Below are positions 1 through 9,615 of a DNA stretch of 30,742 bases, piece by piece. Position numbers and translations under genes: made by a program. Every line of letters starts with the position of its first letter. Position 1 is the first letter of the stretch. The stretch is taken from positions 1 through 30,742 of IMG/VR virus record IMGVR_UViG_3300030332_001053. One strand, 5' to 3'. Origin of the DNA: a virus (lineage: Duplodnaviria; Caudoviricetes). The notes beneath the pieces were generated by a model. That model had not been told where the DNA came from. It did not search any database and saw only the letters and a program-made list of their open reading frames with translations.

Positions 1-1
1 C

Positions 2-118
2 TTACCGATTGATCTAGATCCAGGTCTTTATAAGACAGTGGTGCATATCCGATACGATTTAAACCCAATTAAAACATTGCACGTAGAGTTTGAAACAACG
101 ACGTTTAATGTAATTTGA
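2..118 (+). CDS. C-terminal fragment of a phage protein (5' end outside window)
   Basis: Frame 2 is open from the window edge: LPIDLDPGLYKTVVHIRYDLNPIKTLHVEFETTTFNVI, ending TGA at 116-118. Confidence 0.6.
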   Translation, partial: LPIDLDPGLYKTVVHIRYDLNPIKTLHVEFETTTFNVI

Positions 119-147
119 TTCAATAAAACTACGTTTGATGATATAAT
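119..147 (+). promoter_or_regulatory. Putative sigma70 promoter for the tail/ejection genes
   Basis: TTCAAT (119-124), 17-nt spacer, TATAAT (142-147) with extended -10 TG at 139-140. Confidence 0.5.
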
Positions 148-174
148 ATAAAAATAAAATTTAATCTCATAAAA

Positions 175-825
175 ATGGCATTAACAGTACAAAACGCACT
201 AGACGCATTCGGAAGATATAAAAGAGATATAACCGACGTACCAAATGCAACATTCATAGAATGGTGTGATTACGTAAATAAGTTTGCTTACAGAAAAATA
301 GCAGGAATAGATGCAGAAAGATTCATAGATCAAAGTAATACCTTTACAGTTACAAGCGCACCTCAAACGAGTGCTTTACCATCAGATTTTGAATATACTG
401 AATCATTCGAAACAGGATTTTACGTAGTAGATGATAATAGTAATGATACAACGCGAAGACTTGCAGTAACCGGATTTGGTTCAAGTAAGATGGGATATTA
501 TATTCAAGGAACAAACGTTGTATTTACAGGGATCGATGATTCTAAAACCATTCGATTAAGATATATCCCCGTCAATACACAAATTACAGCATTAGCTGAT
601 TATTTTACGATAGATACGCTAATAACAGGGGCAGAGATCATTCCTGATGAGTATTTAAACTATATCGTTAAGGCAGTGGACGTATTTTACACCCAGTGGG
701 ACGAAGATCCGAATGCTGAGTCCTTAGCTGACTTTAGGTTCGTTAATGTCTTAGATGAGCTTCTCGACAACATTAGAAAAGGTCCCAGTGCATTCGGGAC
801 ACCAGATTATTCAGTAAATTATTAA
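175..825 (+). CDS. Head-tail adaptor / tail tubular protein A-like
   Basis: 216 aa with helical N- and C-termini and a beta-rich middle (ALPSDF, IRLRYIP). Lies directly before a ~600-aa nozzle-like gene, the usual podovirus order. Confidence 0.6.
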   Translation: MALTVQNALDAFGRYKRDITDVPNATFIEWCDYVNKFAYRKIAGIDAERFIDQSNTFTVTSAPQTSALPSDFEYTESFETGFYVVDDNSNDTTRRLAVTGFGSSKMGYYIQGTNVVFTGIDDSKTIRLRYIPVNTQITALADYFTIDTLITGAEIIPDEYLNYIVKAVDVFYTQWDEDPNAESLADFRFVNVLDELLDNIRKGPSAFGTPDYSVNY

Positions 826-827
826 AT

Positions 828-2621
828 ATGTATCAACCACTTTCAATTAGGGGCGGAACAAATCCAACACAAGCAACTACTTTTATGGGAGCTAAAGGGG
901 TGAATGGTAGAGATTTACCACAACTACTCGATCCAAGCATGGCTCTAACTATCGATAACTACTTGGTTACGGCAGATGGACAATTGGCAAAACGTAAAGG
1001 ACAGTTAGAAGAATTTTCGGTTGCGGGAACAGATCCAATTACGATGATAATCGAATGGGATGCAGATACTTGGATATTTGCTTATGCTTTCAAGGTAGCA
1101 GCTTATACATTGTCTACCGATACTGTTACTGATATTAAAACGGATTTCACAGTAAATGATACCTTCAGTGGTCAACGCTATGGAGGATATTTCTTTGTTA
1201 GTAACGGGAATAATGGGATTGTACGAATTTCAAGAACGATAGATTATGGTACGCAAACAGCTAATTTTACCGTAGGAGCAAGAATTACGGGGGCAACGAG
1301 TGGAGCTACTGCAACTATTCTTGAGGATTCCGATGGTGGAGCAACGGGAACACTTACTATAGGTAATATTACGGGTACTTTTCAAAGTGGTGAAATAATT
1401 ACTGATAATGGATCGCCTACCGGTAGTGCAACTACAACCAGTGTTGTAGAATTCGTTGATACTGTAATAAGTGCAGCGCCCAAGGCTAAAGTATTAAAAG
1501 TAATCGGGGCTAGGTTATTCGCAGGAAATATAGAGCAAGACGAAGCCTCGGTAGCATATTCAGGGATAGATGATGGCAGCAATCCACCGTTTGATAATTG
1601 GACTGTAGCAGCGGCAGCAGATGATCCAGGTTTAGCTAGTTATAGAAACGCAGGAACGGTTAATGCAATTGACACTGTTGGTGAATTCGTTGTTGTATTT
1701 TCCGAAAAAGGTAAATGGGCGTTTTATATTAATACGGTTGATTCAGCAGGAACATTAACGAAGATAGATGTATTCCAGATGACTAGAATTGATTTTGGTG
1801 GTTCAAGAGCAACTATTTCGACTAATCAAGGTTTATTTTATGCAAATGAAGCTGGATTATGGCAGTTGGTGTCAGTGGGTCAACAAAATATTAAATTTAG
1901 TGATCAAGAAGCGTTAACCTCGGTATTATTGGGAGATAAATTCTTCGATAATGTTGATTTAAGTAATGCGGCGATTGAATATGACGCTAAAGCTAGAAAT
2001 ATTTTATTGAGTATAGCCAAGAATTCGGACACAAATAATCTCATTTTGGTGTATAATATAGATACAAAAGCGTTTTCTACGATTAGCGCATGGAATATCA
2101 ATAGATTTATGAATATAGATCAAGTGATCTATGGAGGTAGTGCGACAAGTACTAAGGTAGATAAATTGTTTATTGGGACGACGGATAATGGCGCTAGTAT
2201 AGGAACAAATTTTTTACAAGAACTTCAATTAGGAAACTTAGAAACAAAACAAATGTTACTGGGTTGTTATATACAAGGGTTCTTGTCGGCTAGTTCGGAC
2301 ATAACGGTCAGATTCGATATATACGACATTACTGGCAAACCGATCAAGGATAAACTTAGATTCAGTTGGACAGCGCAAAGAAGCGAAAACGGATTCGATG
2401 GATATGGTACGGCTAACTGGGGTATATCTTCATGGGGCGGCGATGTCGATTTCGCCAATCTCATAGAATCTTTCGATGGTTGTCGTCCTTTTATAAGAAA
2501 TTTTCAACGGGTACGTGTTCATATAACCAGCGGAGATAAACTCCAACACGTTATAAATTGGGTCTCATTAGAAGCGAAGGTGAAATCTAAGATTCGTAGA
2601 AGAAAGATGACAGCATTATAA
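828..2621 (+). CDS. Tail nozzle / tail tubular protein B (P22 gp10-like DNA stabilisation protein)
   Basis: 597 aa, beta-propeller-like composition, N-terminal GVN...DNY...GQLAKRKG motif typical of podovirus nozzle proteins, and matching synteny. Confidence 0.7.
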   Translation: MYQPLSIRGGTNPTQATTFMGAKGVNGRDLPQLLDPSMALTIDNYLVTADGQLAKRKGQLEEFSVAGTDPITMIIEWDADTWIFAYAFKVAAYTLSTDTVTDIKTDFTVNDTFSGQRYGGYFFVSNGNNGIVRISRTIDYGTQTANFTVGARITGATSGATATILEDSDGGATGTLTIGNITGTFQSGEIITDNGSPTGSATTTSVVEFVDTVISAAPKAKVLKVIGARLFAGNIEQDEASVAYSGIDDGSNPPFDNWTVAAAADDPGLASYRNAGTVNAIDTVGEFVVVFSEKGKWAFYINTVDSAGTLTKIDVFQMTRIDFGGSRATISTNQGLFYANEAGLWQLVSVGQQNIKFSDQEALTSVLLGDKFFDNVDLSNAAIEYDAKARNILLSIAKNSDTNNLILVYNIDTKAFSTISAWNINRFMNIDQVIYGGSATSTKVDKLFIGTTDNGASIGTNFLQELQLGNLETKQMLLGCYIQGFLSASSDITVRFDIYDITGKPIKDKLRFSWTAQRSENGFDGYGTANWGISSWGGDVDFANLIESFDGCRPFIRNFQRVRVHITSGDKLQHVINWVSLEAKVKSKIRRRKMTAL

Positions 2622-2638
2622 TTTAAAACCAAATAATC

Positions 2639-4777
2639 ATGGCAGATGCAAGTTCGCTACCAGCGATAACGGAACTAATGTACTTCCAATGGAGTACACC
2701 AACGGCGCCTAATCCAAGACTTTCGGCACCAATTGATTCAGATGATACAACCATAGCATTCACATCCGCTCCTTTAGATGAAGATGGAAGTGTAATTACT
2801 GCACCGTTTATCATGGGGGTAAAAAATAGTAATTCTTATGTTGAATCAATTTATTGTCCAAATGGAGCAGATGGAGCTTCAGGACTTTCAGCAACAGGAT
2901 GTATTAGAGGTATCGACTTAGCAGGATTAGATTTCACAGTAGGTGATACGGATAATGCAGATTCGCATGGACAAGATTCTCCAGTTTTCTGTAATATTAC
3001 AGCCGTATTAAACACTATAATGGTTAATACTATACAGGGGGTTGGTGATATGGCGACCGGTGGAGATGATCTCATTATAGGGGATGGAACGGATACAGAT
3101 AAAACAATCAAGGCGGCGATCGTAGCGGGTGCTACTGGATTTATTAGATACAATCCAACTACTAGTAAAGCTCAATATTCTAATGACGGTGCAGTATGGA
3201 ATGATATAGATGATGTAACAGCGGGATCGCTCGTAGTTATAACGGGAGCAGATACAACGCCTGGTAATTTAGACACTAAAATCACAATCGATTCAGATAC
3301 AATGACTAAGACAGTTACAAGTCCAGGTGGTGATGAAAGATTAGAACTTGCAGCAGTCGGAGGACTAGCAGATATTGTCGATGACGTAACTGCAACAGCT
3401 GCGGAGATAAACAATACAATAGATGGTACAACAGCAACAGCGGCTAACCTAAATACTTTAACGGGAGGCGTTAGTAGTAATGCAGATGCTTTACATACAC
3501 ATTCAGATATTGGGGTGTTTTCCGGAACAGCGGGTGAAGCAATAGATGGTTCTAGTACTCCTCAAGCAGTCGTAATAGGACATTCGACTGGTACACACGC
3601 TATTACGATTTGGGAAACAGCTTCGAGTAGAAGTATGAGTTTAGCTTCGCTTTCAGATTTAAATATGGGTGAACAAGATTCGAATCAAATGGTTGCACAG
3701 AGTTTTACATACGAAGATACAGCGGCAGACACAGTAACTTTGAATAAAATTAGAGTGGCGGTGCAGAAAAATAATGGGCCAGGTGATAATTTCCGAGTAT
3801 TCTTATATGACGATAGTAGTGATACACCAGGATCTTTAGTTACAAGCGGGACGGGTACTACCGTAACGGGAGCAAGTTTAAGTTCTAACGCTTATCAGTG
3901 GACTGAGTTCACTTGGGCAGTAGACCCAAGTATAACTCCAGGTGATAAATACTGGATTGTATTCGATAGAAGTGGTGCAAATGATGGAACGAATTATTAT
4001 GAATTAGGATATACAACCAATGCTAGTTATAGTGGTCACGGATATTCGGTATTCGATGATGTAGGCGGAACATGGGGAGCAGAGCATGGAACGAGAGATA
4101 TATGTATGCAAATTATTGTAGATGCTGATTTTTCTGGAGATGTGCTAGAAGCAGATGCGAATGATTATACTAGATTTAATGCAGTTGGATTTACAGCAGA
4201 TAACGTAGCAGGTGGTGCTTCGATAAATGTACAACCATCTGGTGTAGTAAGTGGATTTACAGGTTTAAGCGTAGGAGAGAGATATTATCTCTCAACGACG
4301 AGTGGGGAAATCACAGCTTCACCGAGTGCGAGTGAAGAAGTGGGACTTATTCCTATAGGCACAGCAGTATCAACTACTGAATTATTATTACAGCCAGGAC
4401 AAAAAATGATACGTTGGGAAACTAGTACGATGGATCTTTGGGAGCCAACTGCGGCATATACAGCAGACTTTTTCTTCGAGACAGGATTCAAACCTACGAG
4501 GATTCAATGGTACGTAGATTTCGTTGATAATAGTACGATGTTTGATATAAAATTAGGAGATTCCTTCTTGGCAGTAGATACAGTTAGAGGACTTTCATTA
4601 TCAGACTTAGCAGCTGGTCATGTAATGACTGGTGGAACTGCAACTTTGCAAGATTTAGATACAGGGACACCAACTATATCCGTAATTGAAGTATTTAACA
4701 CTGGAGTAACTATGAGAATAACAGGAAATAGTAATGATTTTGTAGCGGGTATGAGATTTGTAGCATTTGGCAATTAA
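2639..4777 (+). CDS. Multi-domain virion protein (tail fibre / appendage)
   Basis: 712 aa, acidic and T/G/D/S-rich. Contains cement-like motifs (AGEAIDG; GLSVGERYYLS...IGTAVSTTELL) and an internal beta-sandwich (AQSFT...LYDDSSDTPG...GDKYWIV). Confidence 0.65.
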   Translation: MADASSLPAITELMYFQWSTPTAPNPRLSAPIDSDDTTIAFTSAPLDEDGSVITAPFIMGVKNSNSYVESIYCPNGADGASGLSATGCIRGIDLAGLDFTVGDTDNADSHGQDSPVFCNITAVLNTIMVNTIQGVGDMATGGDDLIIGDGTDTDKTIKAAIVAGATGFIRYNPTTSKAQYSNDGAVWNDIDDVTAGSLVVITGADTTPGNLDTKITIDSDTMTKTVTSPGGDERLELAAVGGLADIVDDVTATAAEINNTIDGTTATAANLNTLTGGVSSNADALHTHSDIGVFSGTAGEAIDGSSTPQAVVIGHSTGTHAITIWETASSRSMSLASLSDLNMGEQDSNQMVAQSFTYEDTAADTVTLNKIRVAVQKNNGPGDNFRVFLYDDSSDTPGSLVTSGTGTTVTGASLSSNAYQWTEFTWAVDPSITPGDKYWIVFDRSGANDGTNYYELGYTTNASYSGHGYSVFDDVGGTWGAEHGTRDICMQIIVDADFSGDVLEADANDYTRFNAVGFTADNVAGGASINVQPSGVVSGFTGLSVGERYYLSTTSGEITASPSASEEVGLIPIGTAVSTTELLLQPGQKMIRWETSTMDLWEPTAAYTADFFFETGFKPTRIQWYVDFVDNSTMFDIKLGDSFLAVDTVRGLSLSDLAAGHVMTGGTATLQDLDTGTPTISVIEVFNTGVTMRITGNSNDFVAGMRFVAFGN

Positions 4778-4795
4778 GATATAACTAATTAAATT

Positions 4796-7441
4796 ATGGC
4801 AAGAAAAAGACCAGGAACGATCACCAAGAGTAAACAAAAGGGTAAAGTAATTGTTTTTGGTGCAGTCGATCCTAAGACAGGTAGGCAAAAACAAACCCTG
4901 CGGACCGGTACGGCAGCTGAATTAGCCAAATTTGATCCGGTCAAACCTAAAAGTACTCGATTAAAAACACCGAGTACCGTTACTGCTAGTAAGAATCAGC
5001 CAGGTAAAGTTATAGAGTTTGGAGAGATAGATCCAGTTACAGGTCGGCAACAACAGACGATGAGAACTGGCACAATACCAAGCATTAGTAGCCCAACACC
5101 TAGTAAATCGGGATTCACGTTTTCGACTGATCCTACAACTGGAATAGTAATTGTTAATGACCCCGCAGGATACGCCCAAACACATCGGGGGAATCAAGGT
5201 ATATTTGTCAATAAGACTACTGGTAAATTAACGGATAGCCGAGGTAACCCAGTAGATCAATTTGGACGTCCAGTTAAACCACCGGAAGAAGAAAAAGAAC
5301 GTACATTAGAAGAACAAGCCGAAGATCTGTTGAGATTTCAACACGGTGAATTATCTGATTTAGGTAAGAAGTTTGGAGTAGATACAATACCTACTTCATT
5401 TGAAGATTCACTTAGAAGGCAACAAGAAGAACATCGAGATAGACTAACTTTTGAAGAGGAACAAGCAGAACGACAAAGAATTATAGATCAACAGAATTTA
5501 GATGCATTTAAGGAGAGTGCGGCAGGTTCGGAAGGACAAGCAATTGCATCATTATCACAAGGTCGTGAGGATGCATTTAGTGCCTCCAAGCCAATGGCTT
5601 TAAGCACATTTCAAGAAAATATTCAAAGACAACTTCGTATTCAAATTAGTAGAGTGCAGGGTGCGCAAGCTGCTAGACAACAAGCATTAAAGAATTTACG
5701 AATAGCACAACGAAATAATGATGAAGCAGCTATAGAACAATATTCGGCTAATTTAGCGGGTGCTGAACAGTCGATCCGTCAAGAAACATCACAGTTATTA
5801 CAAGATCAAGCAATGGCGAATGAAGAAGCAAGAAAGCTTGAAACAGCACAACGAGCAGAATTGAAAGGAACGCTAGAAATATTAGGGGCTTCTGGGATTG
5901 CGGACTTAAATCCAGAAGTATTAACAAAATTATTTGTTGATGCAGGATTTTCCCCTGCATTAGCTGATTCTATGCGTGTTGCACAAACTCAATTAGCAGA
6001 AGTTGAAAAAACAGGAGATATATTGGCTATACAGGAAAAACAGTTGACTATAAAAAATCTTGAATTAGAAATGGCTAATAAAAAATTAGGAGGTACAACT
6101 GCTATCCAAGAGTTTAATTATCTTCAAAGTTTAGTTGAAGCTGGTGCAAGCCTCCAAGAAATACAAGATTTTAAGATCCGAGCAGGATTCGTACAAAAGG
6201 CAAAGGATAATAAACGCAGCGTATTAGATAATGCTGTTACCTCAGGAGTAACCCTGAATGATACACGATTAACCCAAGGGGGTGCATCTAATGGTGCCGG
6301 GCGTATTGATCCGACTACATTAATAACTGATTTCTTATTCGGAAGCGGTGAACGTGGAGAACAAGTTGTAAATGCTGCTGGTGAATCGGTGGGGGTCATA
6401 AGTAGTCCTTATGGTGCAGATCATTCTAATATATCTGGTGAAGAGTCGCACAACGGCGTAGATATTAGTTTTAGCAATAATACTGCTGTTGCTTTATCAA
6501 GCGGTACAATAATTGAGAAGGGATTTTCTAGTAATGATTATGGTGCTTTTGTATGGCTGGAAGATCAGAGTGGCAATGTGATGCAGTATGGACATTTAAA
6601 CGTTGATGACGTTAATGGGCTTTCCGTTGGATCTTTTGTGAATTCGGGTGGCACTCTTGCAAGACAAGAAACGGATCCTGATAAATGGGGATCTGCTACG
6701 GGTGCTCATACAGATATACGATTTGCAGGGGTGCAGGATAATACCGCTGATACTATAGTTCAGGAATACGGGTATGGGATATTAGATGGAAGGATGAATA
6801 TTTCAAACGTAACAGGAGTTGACCAAGAAGAAACTGCTATCCTACGAGCTGCAGTCCAAACATTTGTTAATAAAAAATTAAAAGAAGGCTACAAATCAGA
6901 TTACCCAGTATTGACCGAAACACAATTAGAATTAGTAAATCAAATAAGCGATGACTTTAATTCAAATGAGGCAGTATCTGATATGATTGATATTGCTGGA
7001 GGTCTTGATGTTATTTCCGGGGTATTTGGTACAGAAGATAAATTAAAGGGTGCAACAGGTTTAGATGATATTACTGCAATTAACGCATTCCAAAGAATGG
7101 TTGATCCAGGTGCTACAGTACGAACGGACGATGTAACTTTGATAGAAGAAGCACTTCCGTGGTTAGCTAAAGTTAATCCGAAATTCAAATGGCATAAATT
7201 TAAGAAAGGAGATAAATTACCGATTGGAGTTAGGGAATCTCTCGTTCGTGTTGCTGATGAAATATATACCAGTAAAGCAACTAGATTCAACTCAACTATA
7301 GGTAACCAATTCAAACTTAGAGCAGATGCTGCTAATGTACCTTTTAATCTAATAGGTAGAGACTTCACCGTCTTTGAAGATAATCCATTTGCGGGAGTAG
7401 ATACATCTTCCCCAGAGGAAGATTTAAGTGATTTTGATTGA
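4796..7441 (+). CDS. DNA ejection / internal virion protein with coiled coil and M23 peptidase domain
   Basis: 881 aa with a Q/E-rich coiled coil, M23 motifs HNGVD, YGHLN and SATGAHTD, and a C-terminal AFQRMVDPGATVRTDD motif resembling phage DNA-transfer proteins. Confidence 0.7.
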   Translation: MARKRPGTITKSKQKGKVIVFGAVDPKTGRQKQTLRTGTAAELAKFDPVKPKSTRLKTPSTVTASKNQPGKVIEFGEIDPVTGRQQQTMRTGTIPSISSPTPSKSGFTFSTDPTTGIVIVNDPAGYAQTHRGNQGIFVNKTTGKLTDSRGNPVDQFGRPVKPPEEEKERTLEEQAEDLLRFQHGELSDLGKKFGVDTIPTSFEDSLRRQQEEHRDRLTFEEEQAERQRIIDQQNLDAFKESAAGSEGQAIASLSQGREDAFSASKPMALSTFQENIQRQLRIQISRVQGAQAARQQALKNLRIAQRNNDEAAIEQYSANLAGAEQSIRQETSQLLQDQAMANEEARKLETAQRAELKGTLEILGASGIADLNPEVLTKLFVDAGFSPALADSMRVAQTQLAEVEKTGDILAIQEKQLTIKNLELEMANKKLGGTTAIQEFNYLQSLVEAGASLQEIQDFKIRAGFVQKAKDNKRSVLDNAVTSGVTLNDTRLTQGGASNGAGRIDPTTLITDFLFGSGERGEQVVNAAGESVGVISSPYGADHSNISGEESHNGVDISFSNNTAVALSSGTIIEKGFSSNDYGAFVWLEDQSGNVMQYGHLNVDDVNGLSVGSFVNSGGTLARQETDPDKWGSATGAHTDIRFAGVQDNTADTIVQEYGYGILDGRMNISNVTGVDQEETAILRAAVQTFVNKKLKEGYKSDYPVLTETQLELVNQISDDFNSNEAVSDMIDIAGGLDVISGVFGTEDKLKGATGLDDITAINAFQRMVDPGATVRTDDVTLIEEALPWLAKVNPKFKWHKFKKGDKLPIGVRESLVRVADEIYTSKATRFNSTIGNQFKLRADAANVPFNLIGRDFTVFEDNPFAGVDTSSPEEDLSDFD

Positions 7442-7460
7442 TATTTAATAATAATTTAAT

Positions 7461-9461
7461 ATGGCTACATTAAGACAAGCGATTGATATTGCGAAACAAG
7501 AACCAAATTCAGAAAGATCGCAAAAACTTCTAAGGGGTATACGAGCAGGTAAATTCGATGCAATAGCAGAGCAAGAAGGCTTAGATATATCTTCACTTAA
7601 AATAGATGTAGAAGGAGAAGAGGATATGACCAAAGAAGAAATATTAAACCGTAGACGTGAACAAACTAGATCGGAGCAATTAGCGGGAGGTGATAAACCT
7701 TTATCCAGGGGAGAAAAGATTGTAGCTGGTGGCATAGAGTTAGGAAGTGATGCATTGGTAGGTGCATCTGAATTAGGAGAAAAAGGCATTAAAAGTCTTG
7801 GTCGCTTATTGACTCCTAAGAAGTTTGAAGAGCAATTTGGGTTTGCCAAAGGACCGACTGCTGCGGAACAATTATTCGGAGAAGATGATCCAAAGACAGG
7901 GGAGAATATCATTCGTCAAACAAGAGAAGTTGGTGTAGGGGATATTGTATCGGGAGCAAAAGAAGGATTTATTGAAGGAACAGAAAAGGCAATAGAACGA
8001 ATAGGAACACGTAAGGCATTGATAGAAGAGTTACCAACCGAAACAAGAAAAGAGAAAGCTCTGAAAGGTGCCGCCCAGGTGGGTAATGTTTTTCAATCAT
8101 TCTTAAATACATTGCAGCCGGTATTTGGGGGTGTATCGGGAGGGATAGCCCCAGTAGCAGAACCATTTGTAGCTGAAACACTCGAATCGTTAGATCCTAA
8201 AGCACAAGAAGATTTACTCGAATTAACGGAAGCATTTAAAGTGGTAATTCAAGAAGATTTTGGAAAATTGCCACCATTGCTACAAGAGTTATTACGTAGT
8301 GCAGGGTTGAGCGTGGAAGCTGGAACTTTCGCAGCGGGGGGTAGAGTAGCTGTTCAAACGAGTAAACAAGTGGGCAAGCAATTAATTAAAACAGGAGCGG
8401 AAGGGGTAGAACTATTTTCTTCTGGTATAAAGGCAGCGGATGATATTACTAAATCATTAATCAAAAAAGTTGACTCTATGACACCTAAGATAGAGCCGGC
8501 TAGAGCCACTCAAGCAACAAATATTCTTAATAGTATAAATAAAATTGATCCTAATAAGCAGGTGCAATTCCGAAAATTATCAGGTGGAGATGATTTAGGA
8601 ACATTCTTGCTCAAACGAGATATTGTCGGTCCATCTGATAAAACAGCATTTCAATTAGTAGAGAGGTTTACTGAGGCTAAAAAAAGACTAGATGACGGAT
8701 TAGTGCAAATTAAAGGTTCATATAAGCCAAAGGTTGTCAAAACTGTATTAGAAGATATGCGTGAATTCTATGAGTCTACCGCAAATCCTAGGGCATTAAA
8801 ATTAATAGAAAAGCGGTTAGCAAAACTAGAAAAAGAGGGACTCACATTATCAGAAATAAATAAAATAAAGAGAGAGTTTGAACGCACTATAAGAACGGGT
8901 TATTTAAAAGAAAAGAATGCTATTAAGATTCAACGTAATACTAATCTTGATAATGATTTGCGGATATTTAGAGATGAAGCAGCGATTAAAGCAGGATTCT
9001 CTAATATTAAAGACTTATCGAAAGAAATTCAACTCACTAAGTTTGCAGCAGATGCTATCGTACTAAAACGAGTGAAACAAGCGGCTAATAATCAGTTCAG
9101 TTTAACTGATAATCTATTATTGGTAGGTGGAGCAATTAATCCAGGTAGTTTAGCTATATTAGGATTTAAAAAGATAGGTAGCATGCCAGGTACACAAGCT
9201 CTATTGGTAAAAGCTCTCAAAAATGGGGATATGTCTCCATTGAAAAATTTAGATATAGTGCCAGAGAAAATTATAAATATAAAAAACAAACAAAAGCGCA
9301 TACAAGCTTATAATGAGTGGTTACAGGAAAGTGGATGGGCTGATCTTATGAGATTAACTGATAAAGAAGCACAATTATTGCTGCCAGAAGGGTCATCAAT
9401 ACAAGTCCCTGGATTTAAGCCAAAAAGTATTGCTGACATTGAAGCAGTAGAAGGACGCTAA
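7461..9461 (+). CDS. Second DNA ejection / internal virion protein
   Basis: 666 aa, mostly helical with G/A-rich amphipathic segments; follows the first ejection protein. Confidence 0.6.
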   Translation: MATLRQAIDIAKQEPNSERSQKLLRGIRAGKFDAIAEQEGLDISSLKIDVEGEEDMTKEEILNRRREQTRSEQLAGGDKPLSRGEKIVAGGIELGSDALVGASELGEKGIKSLGRLLTPKKFEEQFGFAKGPTAAEQLFGEDDPKTGENIIRQTREVGVGDIVSGAKEGFIEGTEKAIERIGTRKALIEELPTETRKEKALKGAAQVGNVFQSFLNTLQPVFGGVSGGIAPVAEPFVAETLESLDPKAQEDLLELTEAFKVVIQEDFGKLPPLLQELLRSAGLSVEAGTFAAGGRVAVQTSKQVGKQLIKTGAEGVELFSSGIKAADDITKSLIKKVDSMTPKIEPARATQATNILNSINKIDPNKQVQFRKLSGGDDLGTFLLKRDIVGPSDKTAFQLVERFTEAKKRLDDGLVQIKGSYKPKVVKTVLEDMREFYESTANPRALKLIEKRLAKLEKEGLTLSEINKIKREFERTIRTGYLKEKNAIKIQRNTNLDNDLRIFRDEAAIKAGFSNIKDLSKEIQLTKFAADAIVLKRVKQAANNQFSLTDNLLLVGGAINPGSLAILGFKKIGSMPGTQALLVKALKNGDMSPLKNLDIVPEKIINIKNKQKRIQAYNEWLQESGWADLMRLTDKEAQLLLPEGSSIQVPGFKPKSIADIEAVEGR

Positions 9462-9520
9462 TCAATATATCCTCTATACATGAGCCAAACGATAAGTAAT
9501 GCAAAACATATCCAGTACAT
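9458..9520 (-). CDS. Putative 20-aa hydrophobic membrane peptide (MYWICFALLIVWLMYRGYID), leaderless
   Basis: ATG at 9520, TAG at 9460-9458, single hydrophobic stretch. The ATG lies 7 nt after a perfect -10 box. Confidence 0.55.
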   Translation of the reverse strand: MYWICFALLIVWLMYRGYID

Positions 9521-9526
9521 ATAAGT

Positions 9527-9555
9527 ATTATACTAATAATATTCATATCTGTCAA
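9527..9555 (-). promoter_or_regulatory. Consensus sigma70 promoter on the minus strand
   Basis: TTGACA (9555-9550), 17 nt, TATAAT (9532-9527). Confidence 0.75.
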
Positions 9556-9563
9556 TAGCTCAA

Positions 9564-9592
9564 TTTACAAATAACACCAATTAAGGTAAAAT
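9564..9592 (+). promoter_or_regulatory. Putative sigma70 promoter for the lysis region
   Basis: TTTACA (9564-9569), 17 nt, TAAAAT (9587-9592); back-to-back with the minus-strand promoter. Confidence 0.55.
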
Positions 9593-9615
9593 ATATAAGC
9601 ATTTAATTTTAAATT

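Noticed and set aside
2639-4777. Diversity-generating retroelement target
   Set aside because: No reverse transcriptase and no template/variable repeat pair seen in the window.
1382-9301. Minus-strand and alternate-frame ORFs within structural genes (e.g. 6940-7368, 7445-7912), and similar ones at 20297-20629, 24862-26211 and 29725-30234
   Set aside because: Shadow ORFs of well-supported genes, with no motifs or expression signals.
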